Positions 1-11,131 are shown, counted from the first letter of the stretch. The stretch is DNA of 64,000 bases from Opitutia bacterium (GCA_050506795.1 JBJHCF010000003.1:128001-192000); one strand, 5' to 3'. The notes: generated by a model from the sequence alone, not told the origin. Program-made: numbers and translations.

Positions 1-2
1 CG

Positions 3-1283
3 GAGCTCAATCGCGGCGCCGAGATCACTTCGCGGGAGCAGGTCGAGTTTGTTCTCGACCGGGCCTGGCGGCGTCAGGTGCGGGAACTCCTGGTAGCCCA
101 GCCTGTATTGCGTTCCCGCGATCGCCAGACTTTCCTTTACGAATCGGAAGGGTGGGTAATCGCCGGAGACGGGCCTGAGGCGCGGGTGGCGCCCCCGTAC
201 CGGGAGATGGCGGATCGGGTGTTGGTGGAGTACGATTTCCGCGAAGGAGGTGACGCCTTCGCACTGAGGATGCGTCTGCAAATGAATGAAGAGGATACCG
301 GGAGTATCGACGAAATCGTACTTCCGGTACACGCGGATGATTCGTGGCACCGGACCTACATCACCCTGGAAACAGAGGAAGGCGTTTGGCGATCCCCGGC
401 GCCGTTTTATCTGCTCCTGAGCAGCGGAGGCTGGAGCGATCTCACCTGGCGCAAGCCCGACTTTACCGGTTCGCGTTTCGCCTTCGAGTATTTCAAACCC
501 ATGCGACCTTCCGGCATGCCGCGTTCCGACCTTCAGCCGGGAGAAGTGATTCTGACCCTGGAGGTGGAAAAAAGCAGTCGCTTGCGGGCTATATGGGGGA
601 AGGCGGCGCGCAATTACGAAATGGTGTTCGCGGCAATGCCGTTCGCCCGTTACCTGGTCAACAGTTTCATTCTGGTTATTCTCAACATAATCGCGGCGCT
701 CATCAGCTGTTCGCTGGCCGGGTACGCTTTCGCCCGGCTCCGCTGGCGCGGGCGTCAGGTGTATTTTATCATCATGTTGGCCACCATGGCGATTCCCCCG
801 CAGGTGACCATGGTCCCGACCTTTATCATCATGCGCCACCTCGGGTTTTATAATACCTATTTGCCGCTGGTTCTGCCCTCGATGATCGCGGTGCCGTTTT
901 TTGTGTTCCTGCTCCGCCAATTTCTGATGAACGTGCCGCGGGATCTGGAGGACGCGGCGGTGATGGACGGGTGTTCGCACTTCCGCATCTATTGGAATGT
1001 GATGCTTCCGTTGATTCGTCCCACCCTGGTCATTGTGGCGCTGTTCAGCTTCATTTTCGCCTGGAACGATTTTCTGGGTCCCCTGATTTATCTCAGTGAC
1101 CAGAATCTCTACCCGGTTTCCCTGGGCATCTTCGCTTTTCAGAGTTATGCCACCGAGATCGGTTTGGGCAGTCCGGCGATCATGATGGCCGCCTCCACCC
1201 TGATGGTGGTGCCGGTGATCCTGGTGTTCTTCTTCGCCCAGCGCTACTTCGTGCAGGGAATCAAGATGACCGGATTGAAGTAA
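3..1283 (+). CDS. Carbohydrate ABC transporter permease (MalG/AraQ-like) with large extracytoplasmic insertion; 5' end lies outside the window
   Basis: C-terminal half has the EAA-type loop (LEDAAVMDGCSHFRIYWNVMLPL), FIFAWNDFLGPLIYL and the QRYFVQGI..TGLK end; frame is open to the left window edge. Confidence 0.9.
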   Translation, partial: ELNRGAEITSREQVEFVLDRAWRRQVRELLVAQPVLRSRDRQTFLYESEGWVIAGDGPEARVAPPYREMADRVLVEYDFREGGDAFALRMRLQMNEEDTGSIDEIVLPVHADDSWHRTYITLETEEGVWRSPAPFYLLLSSGGWSDLTWRKPDFTGSRFAFEYFKPMRPSGMPRSDLQPGEVILTLEVEKSSRLRAIWGKAARNYEMVFAAMPFARYLVNSFILVILNIIAALISCSLAGYAFARLRWRGRQVYFIIMLATMAIPPQVTMVPTFIIMRHLGFYNTYLPLVLPSMIAVPFFVFLLRQFLMNVPRDLEDAAVMDGCSHFRIYWNVMLPLIRPTLVIVALFSFIFAWNDFLGPLIYLSDQNLYPVSLGIFAFQSYATEIGLGSPAIMMAASTLMVVPVILVFFFAQRYFVQGIKMTGLK

Positions 1284-1297
1284 AGAGCGAAGGCCGG

Positions 1298-3673
1298 CTA
1301 ACGGAAAAGAAAGACGCCCTGCCTTGGGGTTTCAGTTTCCGGATCCTGGTTGTTCTTTTCGTAGCGGCCTTCGTTTGCGGAATCGAAGGTCAGCAGGAGT
1401 TCATCCTCCAGGATTGCCCCGGGGTCGCCGACCGGGGCGAGAAGGAGCGTGATTTGCGCCCGGCGGGAATCGATAATCTCATAACGGTAGCTGCCGGCCT
1501 CGTCGGAAAGGGGGACTGTGATTTCACCGTCCTCACCGAACTCGATCGTGTACCTCAGGCCCGGCCCGGTTTCCTGGTCCGCGTCCTCCAGGAGGATAAG
1601 CTCGAGGCCCGGTTCGAAGGCATTAGGATCGAGCCGAAACGCGGTCACATCGTTTCTGGCATGATGAAACAAGCGTACCCAAACATCCGGAACCTGTGCG
1701 CCGTTTTCCTCGCGGTAACTGCTGAACCACTGTCGCCGCGGGAAAAGGGGAGAGTCCGGGTAAAAGTAGAACCAGCCGACCTGGTGGACGTACACGAATG
1801 GGTAGGTCTCCCCGGTCATGTAGGTCCAGCGCTGTTGGCTGTGTCGCCAGAACCAACCGGTTCCGGACCAGTAGAGCCAGCCGTGTTGATCGTGGAATAA
1901 CCAGCCCTCGACAGCATCGATATCGAAGGTGTTGTTGAGCGCCAAGGTTCCGAGCCAGCGGGATTCGACCTGTCGGCCGGCGGTCATCCGGTCCGGCTGT
2001 TCCAGATCGAAGAAGGAAGCGATTCTTTCTTCCGGGGACGAGGAGTCGGGTGGAAAGGCGGTCTGAATGGAGCCGTTGTTTCTCGGGCTGTATCGAAATT
2101 TTGGCCACGGTCCTGCAAACAGCGGGCCTTCGCCGTTGAGAGCGTAAACGCGGTGGTTCCAGGAGCCGAAATAGATGGTCCCGTCGTCGCCGATCGCCGG
2201 AGCCGACTCGATCCGGGCGGCGGTTTCAAAGGACCAGATCGGCTCGCCGGTATCGCCGTCAAGGGCGTAGAGATGCCGGTCGCTGGAGCCGATGTAAACC
2301 GTGTTGTCGGCGCCGACTGCCGCTGAGGCCTGGTCAATGACGCCGCCGGTCTCATAACTCCAGATCGTTTCACCGTTACTCGTATCTATCGCGTAGATAC
2401 GACGATCGTTAGATCCCACAAAGAGTCTTTCGCCACTTCCCAGAACCGGTGACGAGTACACGGCCCCGCCGGTTCTCACCGACCAGAGCTCTTCTCCGGT
2501 CTGTCCGTCGAGGGCGTAGAGATGCCGGTCTCCGGAGCCGATGTAAACCGTTCCGTCGCTCCCGATGGCCGGGGACGAATAAACCAGACCAGAAGTGTTG
2601 AACGTCCAGATCTCTTCACCGGTGGCGCTGTTTAAGGCGTAGACGTTGCGATCGGCCGAGCCGACGTAAAGAATTCCGTTCCGGCCGATCGCGGGTGAGG
2701 ATCTCACGTTGTCCCCGGTGGCAAAGGTCCATAATTCCTCGCCAGTCGTTCCGTCAATGGCGTAAACGTAACCGTCGGCGGAACCCACGTAAACCGCGCC
2801 CGTCATTCCGATGGCCGGCGACGACTCCACCTGTCCCCCGGTTTCGAAGGCCCACAGTTCTTCTCCCGTGGCCCCCGCGATGGCGTAAACATGCCGGTCG
2901 GAGGAACCGACATAAACCGTGCCGTCCGTACGAATGGCCGGGGTGGAATTCACCATCCACCCGGTGGGAAAGGCCCAGCGTTCCTCGCCACTGACACCGT
3001 CAAGGGCGTAAAGCCGTCCGTCGCGGGACCCGATGCAAACCGTTCCGTCGGGACCGATCGCCGCCGAGGACTGGATGCCGCTGTTCGTTTCAAAGAACCA
3101 TTTCAGCGATCCGGGCCCGATCGTGTTCGCCACTTCGGTTCTCCCGCCCATAAATTCGTCGGTATCGCGGATTACGACGGTCCAGGCGAGTATAGAGCCC
3201 ACCTCAAAAATTTCATCGACGGTATCGTAAACGAACAAGCCTTCGAAGGCGTCGCCCGGAGCGATAGTGATGTCGGTCAAGGTGGCATCGATCTCGCGGC
3301 CGGTTCCACTGAGCCTCAGGTCGACGAAGGGAATTGTCCCGGCACTTCCGCCGGAGTTTGTGATCACGAACCGGACCTCCAGGGGGTCTCTCAAATCGAT
3401 GAACACCGGACTGGTGGCCTCAGTCAGGGTAAAAAAGCCCGGCAAACCCTGAACGGATGCCGCGTGGCCTATGGGTTCGCTGTCAATCTGCGGAAAAAGA
3501 TTGGGTTCGCAGTTCGTGACCAAATCCGATCCCTCGCTCCGGATGGTTGCCGGGGACAGTATTTCATCTTCGGTGAGTAAAGACCGTTTCTCCGTAACCG
3601 GCTCGCCCGGCAGTGTCGGGGAAAGGGTCAGCAAACCGAAGGCGCTGAGGCAGAGGAGCAATGTGGATTTCAT
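1298..3673 (-). CDS. Secreted PQQ-like (BamB-type) beta-propeller repeat protein
   Basis: Signal peptide MKSTLLLCLSAFGLL; about 8 tandem ~40-aa repeats W.F.TG..V.SSPAIG.DGTVYVGS.D..LYA; Trp-rich C-terminal region. Start placed at ATG 3673 rather than at the longer ORF start. Confidence 0.85.
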   Translation of the reverse strand: MKSTLLLCLSAFGLLTLSPTLPGEPVTEKRSLLTEDEILSPATIRSEGSDLVTNCEPNLFPQIDSEPIGHAASVQGLPGFFTLTEATSPVFIDLRDPLEVRFVITNSGGSAGTIPFVDLRLSGTGREIDATLTDITIAPGDAFEGLFVYDTVDEIFEVGSILAWTVVIRDTDEFMGGRTEVANTIGPGSLKWFFETNSGIQSSAAIGPDGTVCIGSRDGRLYALDGVSGEERWAFPTGWMVNSTPAIRTDGTVYVGSSDRHVYAIAGATGEELWAFETGGQVESSPAIGMTGAVYVGSADGYVYAIDGTTGEELWTFATGDNVRSSPAIGRNGILYVGSADRNVYALNSATGEEIWTFNTSGLVYSSPAIGSDGTVYIGSGDRHLYALDGQTGEELWSVRTGGAVYSSPVLGSGERLFVGSNDRRIYAIDTSNGETIWSYETGGVIDQASAAVGADNTVYIGSSDRHLYALDGDTGEPIWSFETAARIESAPAIGDDGTIYFGSWNHRVYALNGEGPLFAGPWPKFRYSPRNNGSIQTAFPPDSSSPEERIASFFDLEQPDRMTAGRQVESRWLGTLALNNTFDIDAVEGWLFHDQHGWLYWSGTGWFWRHSQQRWTYMTGETYPFVYVHQVGWFYFYPDSPLFPRRQWFSSYREENGAQVPDVWVRLFHHARNDVTAFRLDPNAFEPGLELILLEDADQETGPGLRYTIEFGEDGEITVPLSDEAGSYRYEIIDSRRAQITLLLAPVGDPGAILEDELLLTFDSANEGRYEKNNQDPETETPRQGVFLFR

Positions 3674-3954
3674 GGGATCGGGCTGATCGCAAGATCGGGA
3701 AGCGGGTTGACCGAAGGTTTGGAGCCTGCGGACGACAGGAAGGATTATGGGCGTATTGGAATAGGAATTGGGTCTGGTGGCAAGGCAATCCGATCGATAC
3801 AGTCTCCGGGCCCGAGGCTGTATCATTTGGTATCTGAAGGACGGATGAAAAAGCATTTTAGATCGAATAGCCTCGGTTAAGAGCCTGTGTCGTAGTAACG
3901 CCGGCAAAGGCGTCGCCTCCGTTGCAGGTAAAAAACCAAAGATTCTTTTTCTCT

Positions 3955-4010
3955 CACGGAGGCACAAAGCACACAAAGAATGCCTCCGTGCCTTGGTGCC
4001 CTTGTGAGAT
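3955..4010. repeat. Short palindromic intergenic repeat (cacggaggcac...gcctccgtg family)
   Basis: cacggaggca pairs with tgcctccgtg; related units at ~41858-41955 and ~46139-46240. Confidence 0.55.
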
Positions 4011-4155
4011 AATCAGACCGTATGAACCGCCTTAACCAAGTACCATTCATCCCAGTGCCATTGGGAGTCGTGGTTTCCAGCAGGCCGATTGTAACGGACC
4101 GGCCAAAATTAAGTTGAGCCCGGCTCCCGGCCCCGGCACAAAGGAGGGCGTTGCT

Positions 4156-6993
4156 ATGGGAGTGGAACGTTGTTTTCTGGCGCCGGAAATACCCCTGCCG
4201 TCATCCGCGGTGGAATTTCTGGCCCGTGAATGGACCTCCGGTCACCTGGATTTGCGGGAGTGGCTGGTGGTGGTGTCGAGCCGTCAGGCCGGGAGGCGTT
4301 TGCGCGAGGGGCTGGCGGCGCTGGCGGCCGGACGGGGGGCGGCGGTTTTCCCACCGCTGGTGGTGACGCCCGAGTTCCTGCTCACCTTCGGCGAGCAGGG
4401 AGGGAGGGTAGCGACGTCCCCGGATACTTTGCTGGCCTGGACAGAGGTTTTGCGGGGGATCGACTTTTCCTCCTTCGGCGCACTCTTTCCCGCGCCTCCG
4501 CGACGTCCCGATTTTTCCTGGGCTTTGGCCACCGGGAGGGAACTGGCCCGGGTCAAGCGGCTGTTGGCCGAGGGCGGGCTCGGTATGCGGGATGTTGAGA
4601 CGCGGGCGCCGGACGGATTTGGCGAGAACGAGCGCTGGCGCGCCCTGGCGGAGTTGGAGCGTCGTTATCGGGAAATGCTGAAAACCCATGGCCTGACGGA
4701 TCCGGACGAGGCCAAGATCGCGCGGGCGGCGAATCCGGTGACGCCGGATTCGGTGAAACGAATTGTGCTGCTGGCGGTGCCCGATCCTCTGCCGCTGGCG
4801 GTGGAGGCGCTGCAAAAGCTGAGTGAAACGCTTCCCGTCGTGGTGGCGATTCACGCCGACGCGAAGGACCGCGACGCTTTTGACGGGTGGGGGCGCCCGG
4901 TGGCGGAAGTGTGGGAGCAAAGGGTGGAGGATTGGGATTCGGGTGAGGATATGTTTTTCCCCTGCAGCGATGCAGCCGCGCAGGCGCGAACCGCCGGGCT
5001 CCTGCTCAGTGAATGCCAGGACCCGGCACGATCCGCCGCGCTGGGTGCGGCCGATCCCACGGTGATTCCATTCCTGGACCGGTCCTTGCCCCGCGATTGC
5101 GACCTGGAGGCTTACGATCCGGAAGGGCGCCCGGTGAAGGCGGAGGAACTGTATAACCTGCTCGCTTGTTTTCGGGATTTGTTGCGCGTCCGCGACTATG
5201 GATCCTGCGGTGAGTTGATTCGTTGTCCGGTGGTGATCCGTTACTTCGACCGTCTGTCCGGTTTGCCGCCGTTTCCCGCCTGGCTGCGTATTTGGGAGGA
5301 GTTCGGCGCGGACCATTTGCCCGGAGATCTCGCGGCCGCGCGTGGTTTGGCCCATGCCGAAGCGCGGAGAAATGTCGCGGTTCTGCGAATACACGAAGCC
5401 GTTGAGGAAATGCTCGGGCAATTGGATCGAGCCCCGGTCTGGGAGGCGTTGCCATCGGTGTTGCGGACGTTGCACGGCGACCGCAGTTTCCGCGAAGATG
5501 CGCCGGCGGATCGGCGTTATCTCGCAACCGCGGAAGCGATGATAGGAGTTCTGGAGGAACTGCGCGATTCACCCCTGACCGCCGAGCAGGGGGCGGTTGG
5601 CGGCGACGGCCTCGATCTGTTGCTGGGGCTTCTGGGAGACAAGCATATCGAGGAGGATCGACCGGAGACGGCGATTGACGTGCAGGGGTGGCTCGAGTTG
5701 CCCTGGGAGGAGGCGCCTTTTTTGGTCTTGACCGGCATGAACGAACACCATGTTCCGGAAACCATCGCCGGGGATCCGTTTGTTCCCGAGTCTTTGCGCC
5801 GGCCTCTGGGGTTGAAAAGCAACCGGATGCGCTTCGCCCGCGACCGTTATCTGCTGGAGTCTTTGATTAAGTGTCGACGGGAGAAAGGGAAGGTGGCCAT
5901 TCTCTTTGGAAGATTCGGACCCGAGGGAGAGCCGATGCGTCCGTCGCGCCTGCTGATGCGCTGCTCCCGCGAGGAGCTTCCTCAGCGCGTCAAACATCTC
6001 TTCGCCGACCCTCCAGCGGTTGACCGCCGGTCGGCCTGGAGTCATCCGTGGCGCTTGCGACCTGGCAGGGCGGCGGCGCCGGAAAGGATAAGCGTAACCC
6101 AATTCGGGGCCTACCTGCGCTGTCCTTTTCGATTTTACCTGTCGAATCTGCTGCGAATGGAACCGGTGGATCCTCGCAAGACGGAGATGGACGCGGCGGA
6201 ATTCGGCAGCGCCTGCCATCGGATTCTGGAAGCGTTTGGGCGGGATGAGGAGCTCCGACGCAGTCAGGACGCCGCGAAAATTCGGGCATTCTTCGACGGC
6301 GAATTGGACCGCTTTTTCCACGTTCGCTACGGTCGCGATTTACCGGTGCCGCTTGTGATCCAGAAGGAAGCGATTTCCGGGCGCCTGGCCCGGTTCGCCG
6401 AGGTACAGGCGGAGGAACGGCGGCGCGGCTGGATAATCGAGGAAGTGGAATGGCAATTCCCTGACGACAACACGCTTTGTATCGGAGGTCTGCCGGTGCG
6501 GGGAGTGATCGACCGTATTGAGCGAAACGAAACGGACGGGGCGTATCGGGTCTTGGATTACAAGACCGCCGATCAGGATCGGGAGCCGGAAAAGGATCAT
6601 TTCGTTGAGATCAAAAAAGACGAGGATGCTGAAGGGGTTCCGGAATACGCGCGTTTTGAGCTCGACGGCAAAGCCCACCGGTGGATCGGACTGCAATTGC
6701 CGCTTTATCTGTGGGCCTTGCGCGGGCGCTGCGGTGAGAAAACGGTCTGCGGCTATGTCAATTTGCCGAAAGCGGTGACCGAAACCGGGATCAGTCTCTG
6801 GCGAAACCGCTCGCGGGAGTTGGAGGAATCGGCCCATCGTTGTGCCGAAGGGGTGGTCGCGGATCTGCGGGCGGGAGTTTTCTGGCCGCCCGCTGCAAAA
6901 GTGACGTTCGATGATTTTAAAGAATTATTCTTCGGTGATATCGAAGGCCTGACCGACCCGAGTGACCTGCGCTTCCAGAACTTCGAATCATGA
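4156..6993 (+). CDS. addB: AddB/RexB-like helicase-nuclease subunit (PD-(D/E)XK nuclease)
   Basis: C-terminal SVTQFGAYLRCPFRFY, GVIDRIE, VLDYKT and LQLPLY motifs; ATGA overlap with the downstream UvrD-family gene. Confidence 0.85.
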   Translation: MGVERCFLAPEIPLPSSAVEFLAREWTSGHLDLREWLVVVSSRQAGRRLREGLAALAAGRGAAVFPPLVVTPEFLLTFGEQGGRVATSPDTLLAWTEVLRGIDFSSFGALFPAPPRRPDFSWALATGRELARVKRLLAEGGLGMRDVETRAPDGFGENERWRALAELERRYREMLKTHGLTDPDEAKIARAANPVTPDSVKRIVLLAVPDPLPLAVEALQKLSETLPVVVAIHADAKDRDAFDGWGRPVAEVWEQRVEDWDSGEDMFFPCSDAAAQARTAGLLLSECQDPARSAALGAADPTVIPFLDRSLPRDCDLEAYDPEGRPVKAEELYNLLACFRDLLRVRDYGSCGELIRCPVVIRYFDRLSGLPPFPAWLRIWEEFGADHLPGDLAAARGLAHAEARRNVAVLRIHEAVEEMLGQLDRAPVWEALPSVLRTLHGDRSFREDAPADRRYLATAEAMIGVLEELRDSPLTAEQGAVGGDGLDLLLGLLGDKHIEEDRPETAIDVQGWLELPWEEAPFLVLTGMNEHHVPETIAGDPFVPESLRRPLGLKSNRMRFARDRYLLESLIKCRREKGKVAILFGRFGPEGEPMRPSRLLMRCSREELPQRVKHLFADPPAVDRRSAWSHPWRLRPGRAAAPERISVTQFGAYLRCPFRFYLSNLLRMEPVDPRKTEMDAAEFGSACHRILEAFGRDEELRRSQDAAKIRAFFDGELDRFFHVRYGRDLPVPLVIQKEAISGRLARFAEVQAEERRRGWIIEEVEWQFPDDNTLCIGGLPVRGVIDRIERNETDGAYRVLDYKTADQDREPEKDHFVEIKKDEDAEGVPEYARFELDGKAHRWIGLQLPLYLWALRGRCGEKTVCGYVNLPKAVTETGISLWRNRSRELEESAHRCAEGVVADLRAGVFWPPAAKVTFDDFKELFFGDIEGLTDPSDLRFQNFES

Positions 6994-9900
6994 AAACGTC
7001 GATACAGAACGAGATGATTCTCGCCTCGGCCGGATCGGGCAAGACGTACCGTCTGACCAATCGCTACCTTCGGCTGATGGCCCTGGGGGCGGAGCCGGAG
7101 CGTATCGTGGCGTTGACCTTCACCCGCAAGGCGGCGGGCGAGTTCTTCGATGAGATTCTGAAAAAACTGGCTTGGGCGGCGGAAGATACTTCCGCAGGGG
7201 CCGCTCTGGCGGAAGGCATTGGTTGTCCCGATCTCGATTCCGTCGCGGCAACGGAAATGTTGGCGACCCTGGTCGATCGAATGCACCTGTTGGAACTGGG
7301 AACCCTTGACGGTTTTTTCTATCGCATCGTGCGCAACTTTCCTTTCGAACTGGGACTTTCGGCCCCTCCGGAACTGCTTGATGAAAACGCCATGCGGACG
7401 GAGAAGCGCCGGGTGTTCCGGCATGTGTTCAGAACTCCGGGGCAAAGCGGAGAAGCCGCCCGGCGCGAGTTCATCGAAGCGTTCAAACAGGCCACCTGGG
7501 GGTCCGAGGAAAAACGGTTGTCTTCCAAACTCGACCGGTTTGTCGACGAGCATCATGAGGTTTACCTGGCGGCGCCCGAAAGAGAATTGTGGGGCGTGGA
7601 ACGCCGCATCTGGCCCGAGGGTTGCCGTTGGCTTGGCTCCCGTGTCGATCACCGGAAGGCGCTGGCCGTGCTGGAGGAAAGTTTCCGCAGGAGGGAACTT
7701 ACCGAGGGACAGCGCAAGGCCTGGGGCAAGCTTTTCGCCGCGGCGGAGGAATGGGAGCCGGGGTCACCCTGGAGGGCCGAGTTCAAAACCCCGGTGGGCA
7801 ACGCGCTCAAGGTTTGGCCCGATCTGGAAGCCGGGTCGGCTGAGTTTATGATCGGACGCAAGGCGCTGCCGCTCGACCGGGCCGAATGTGCCGCGTTGAG
7901 GGATCTGGTGCGTTGCCTCTTTGCGTCGGAACTGGAGAAAAAACTGCAGATCACCCGCGGCCTTTATGAGATCCTGCGCGGGTTTGAATCCGCTTATGCG
8001 GACCTGGTTCGGTCGGGGGGGCGTTTGACCTTCGGGGATATCCTGATACTGCTCGCCGGCGGCGGAGACCAGGGACAGCGCCCCCGATTGAGTCAGGATG
8101 ACCACGGTCCGGGCCGGCTGGCGATCAATTACCGGATCGATGGACACTACGATCACTGGCTGCTGGACGAGTTTCAGGATACCAGCTTCGTGCAGTGGCG
8201 CGCGTTGAGCGACCTGATCGATGAAGTCGTGCAGGATGCGGAAGGGCGACGCAGCTTTTTCTACGTGGGTGACGTCAAGCAGGCGATCTTCGCCTGGCGG
8301 GAGGGGGATTCCCGTTTGTTCCGTGAGATCTATGATCATTACAACTGGGCGGGGTCCGGCGCCGGTATTGTCGAGCAGCGCATGAGCGAATCGTGGCGCT
8401 CCTCGCCGGCGGTGATCGAAAGCGTCAACCGGGTTTTCGGAGATCATGAGATTCTCAAGACGCTGTTTCCCTCCGACGCGGTTGTCCGATGGACCGATGG
8501 TTGGGATTCGCATCGGGCGCGTCACGAAGAACGTCAGGGCTGCGTTCGATTTTTTCAGGCCCCCGACCGGGAGAGTCGTCACGCCGCGGTATTGGCCCTC
8601 CTGCGGGAAGTCGATCCGCTGGCGCGGGGCCTTTCCTGTGCCATCCTGGTGCAGAAAAACGATCAGGCCGCGGAAATTCTGCAGTACCTTCGGGCGCATG
8701 GTGAATTTCCCGTGGCCGGTGAAATGGATGTTCGACCGGGAACTGACAATCCGTTGGGCATGGCGCTGATATCCCTTTTTAAATGGGCGGCGTATCCGGG
8801 TGATACCTACGCCTGGGAGCATATTCGCATGACCCCGATCGGATCGGTAATTGAGGCGAGGCAATCTTCCGCCGGGTGGGATTCGGTGGCGCGCGGGATC
8901 CTGGAGTCGATTCACCGGGACGGTTTCGCCGTCACGGCTGCCGAATGGATCGCGCAGTTGGAGAGGATAAACGGCATGGACCCGTTCAACCGGGAACGGG
9001 GAGAAATCATCGTGACCGCAGCGCGAGCCTTCGACGCTTTGGGAAGGCGATCGGTGGCCGACTTTGTTGAGTTTCTCAGCGATTACTCCCGGCACGAAAC
9101 CGGCTCGGATGGCACGGTGCGGGTAATGACGATTCACAAATCCAAGGGCTTGGGATTCGATGTGGTGATCCTCCCCGAATTGCAGGGGGAGCGGCTGGAT
9201 GCCCGCCGGCGAAAGCTGGCCGTGAGCCGAACGGCGGCGCGCGAAGTGGAGTGGGTATTGGATCCTCCCGCCAGGCAGATCGTGGAGCACGATGCCGTCT
9301 TGGCGGCCCACGACCGGACGGCGGGTGCCGACGCCTGTTACGAACGCTTTTGCCAGCTGTACGTCGCTATGACGCGCGCGAAACGGGCGACGTATCTGGT
9401 GGCGGAGCCTCTGAAGAAAAGCGCTTCCTCGGCGAACTTCGTCCGGTGGCTGAACACCGCGTTGGCAAAAGGCGATCCGGTAAACGTTTCCTGTGGAGAT
9501 ACCGTCCTGGAATTGCTCTACGAGACGGGAAATCCCGAGTGGTACGGCGAATTCACGCCGCCGCCGGAGGCAGTGATCGCGGAAAGCGGACGGCGGGAGG
9601 CGCGGGAATACGGGGTGCGCGAGCGACGTCGCCGTGGAACCCCGTCGCGGGCCAAACCGCGGGCGGTTGGCGCGGAAGGGTTGTTTTCGCTGGACTCCCA
9701 TCGAAGCCTGGAATTCGGCAGCCGGGTCCACGAGATCTTCTCCCGTGTTGGCTGGATTGAATCCGGTACCGTGGAGGAGTTGGAGCGCATGCGGAACGTC
9801 GAGGCCGATTCGCCTTTGATGGTCCGGGCCTTTGATGAGGTGCTTGCCTGTTTGCGGGATCCGGCGGTTCGCGCCGCTTTGACCCGGCCTGAAGGCGAGG

Positions 9901-10181
9901 TGGAGGTCTGGAGGGAGCGGACTTTCGAAGTGATTCTCGACAAAGAATGGTTAACTGGAACCTTTGACCGCGTGACGCTGGTCAGCGGGCCGGAGGGAAC
10001 GATTCAGCGGGCGGAAATCATTGATTTCAAGACCGACAAGGGCGAAGGCGATCTGGCCGCATACACCCGGCAATTGGCTGCCTACCGGCGGGTTCTCGCT
10101 TTTATGACCGGTCTGCCGCCCAAGGGTATTCTTTGCCGTCTCCTTTACACCCACCACCGGGAATTGGTGACGGTTTTTTAG
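6990..10181 (+). CDS. addA: AddA/RexA-like UvrD-family helicase-nuclease
   Basis: ASAGSGKT Walker A, LTFTRKAA, LLDEFQDTS, VGDVKQAIFAWR, MTIHKSKGLGFD, LYVAMTRAK, C-terminal GTFDRV..IIDFKTD nuclease. Confidence 0.9.
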   Translation: MKTSIQNEMILASAGSGKTYRLTNRYLRLMALGAEPERIVALTFTRKAAGEFFDEILKKLAWAAEDTSAGAALAEGIGCPDLDSVAATEMLATLVDRMHLLELGTLDGFFYRIVRNFPFELGLSAPPELLDENAMRTEKRRVFRHVFRTPGQSGEAARREFIEAFKQATWGSEEKRLSSKLDRFVDEHHEVYLAAPERELWGVERRIWPEGCRWLGSRVDHRKALAVLEESFRRRELTEGQRKAWGKLFAAAEEWEPGSPWRAEFKTPVGNALKVWPDLEAGSAEFMIGRKALPLDRAECAALRDLVRCLFASELEKKLQITRGLYEILRGFESAYADLVRSGGRLTFGDILILLAGGGDQGQRPRLSQDDHGPGRLAINYRIDGHYDHWLLDEFQDTSFVQWRALSDLIDEVVQDAEGRRSFFYVGDVKQAIFAWREGDSRLFREIYDHYNWAGSGAGIVEQRMSESWRSSPAVIESVNRVFGDHEILKTLFPSDAVVRWTDGWDSHRARHEERQGCVRFFQAPDRESRHAAVLALLREVDPLARGLSCAILVQKNDQAAEILQYLRAHGEFPVAGEMDVRPGTDNPLGMALISLFKWAAYPGDTYAWEHIRMTPIGSVIEARQSSAGWDSVARGILESIHRDGFAVTAAEWIAQLERINGMDPFNRERGEIIVTAARAFDALGRRSVADFVEFLSDYSRHETGSDGTVRVMTIHKSKGLGFDVVILPELQGERLDARRRKLAVSRTAAREVEWVLDPPARQIVEHDAVLAAHDRTAGADACYERFCQLYVAMTRAKRATYLVAEPLKKSASSANFVRWLNTALAKGDPVNVSCGDTVLELLYETGNPEWYGEFTPPPEAVIAESGRREAREYGVRERRRRGTPSRAKPRAVGAEGLFSLDSHRSLEFGSRVHEIFSRVGWIESGTVEELERMRNVEADSPLMVRAFDEVLACLRDPAVRAALTRPEGEVEVWRERTFEVILDKEWLTGTFDRVTLVSGPEGTIQRAEIIDFKTDKGEGDLAAYTRQLAAYRRVLAFMTGLPPKGILCRLLYTHHRELVTVF

Positions 10182-10471
10182 GTTCTGAAAAATCAGCGTT
10201 CGTTATTTCAAACGAGTGGCGAAAGGACAGGTAAACAAAGTATAAAAAGTGGGATTCTGTTTGACTGCGAAGTGGTTTTCCCTCCGTTACCGGCATTGGG
10301 ATGCTTCGTTAGGTTCTATGGATGAACGACTTGGCTTGGATAAACGATCGTATTTGACCGGAATGTTCCAACGTGATGTCCCTAACGTTAAAAGCTGGAT
10401 TACAGTTGCGAAACAAATGACTTGGCTGCAAATATCGTGCTTGTTTCCCACTTAAGTGATAGGAGTAAGTT

Positions 10472-11131
10472 ATGATCAGACGACATGCGGCAGCTATTGT
10501 GACTGCTTTTCTCGTGCCTGTGGCATTGGGCGCCCAGCTTGCGTTCGAGCAAACGGAGATTCGTGTGGAGCTTGATTTTGGCGCCGAACGAGTCAGCCGG
10601 GATTTTGTCTTTACCAACGAGGGAGATTTTCCGGTGGAGATTCTGGAAGTGCGCAGCAGTTGCGGGTGCACCACGGCGGCCCTGGATAAGACCGTTTATG
10701 AGCCGGGAGAAAGCGGCAGGATAACGGCGGAGTTCGAGGTGGGTCAACGGGTGGGCGAGCAGTCCAATCCCATTATGATCCGCACCGACAATGCCGAGCG
10801 GTCCATTCATTCGCTTGTGCTGTTTGTGGACATTCCCAGGGCGCTGACGCTTTCTCATCGATTTCTGATCTGGCAACGCGATGCCGACCCGGATACCCGT
10901 CGGGTGGAGGTCGTTTTCCATCCGAATGCACCCTACCGCCTGGAAGAGGTAGAAGTCGAAGGCGAAGCTTTCCGGGTCGAACTGACCAAGGACGAGGACG
11001 TGGAAGGCCGTTATTATCTTGATGTTACACCGCTGAACCTTTCGGAGTCCGACCGGGCGGCGATCGTTCTTCGTACAGATCCCGAGCCCTCGACTCCCCG
11101 GGCCTTCTCGCTTTACGCCTACGTCCGTTAA
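10472..11131 (+). CDS. DUF1573-domain exported protein
   Basis: Signal peptide; F.FTNEGD.PVEI.EVRSSCGCTTA..PGESG motif; AGGAG RBS upstream. Confidence 0.8.
   Translation: MIRRHAAAIVTAFLVPVALGAQLAFEQTEIRVELDFGAERVSRDFVFTNEGDFPVEILEVRSSCGCTTAALDKTVYEPGESGRITAEFEVGQRVGEQSNPIMIRTDNAERSIHSLVLFVDIPRALTLSHRFLIWQRDADPDTRRVEVVFHPNAPYRLEEVEVEGEAFRVELTKDEDVEGRYYLDVTPLNLSESDRAAIVLRTDPEPSTPRAFSLYAYVR

Noticed and set aside
7764..9731. Long antisense ORFs (also 15445-17352, 42228-43865, 43870-45378, 61120-62820)
   Set aside because: Shadow ORFs opposite well-supported genes in GC-rich DNA, with no recognisable motifs
4156..10181. Helicase-nuclease pair as a novel defence system
   Set aside because: Motifs, sizes and gene order fit housekeeping AddAB recombination-repair genes
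10182..10471. AT-rich intergenic region as a possible ncRNA
   Set aside because: No recognisable RNA family motif or convincing structure; most simply a promoter region
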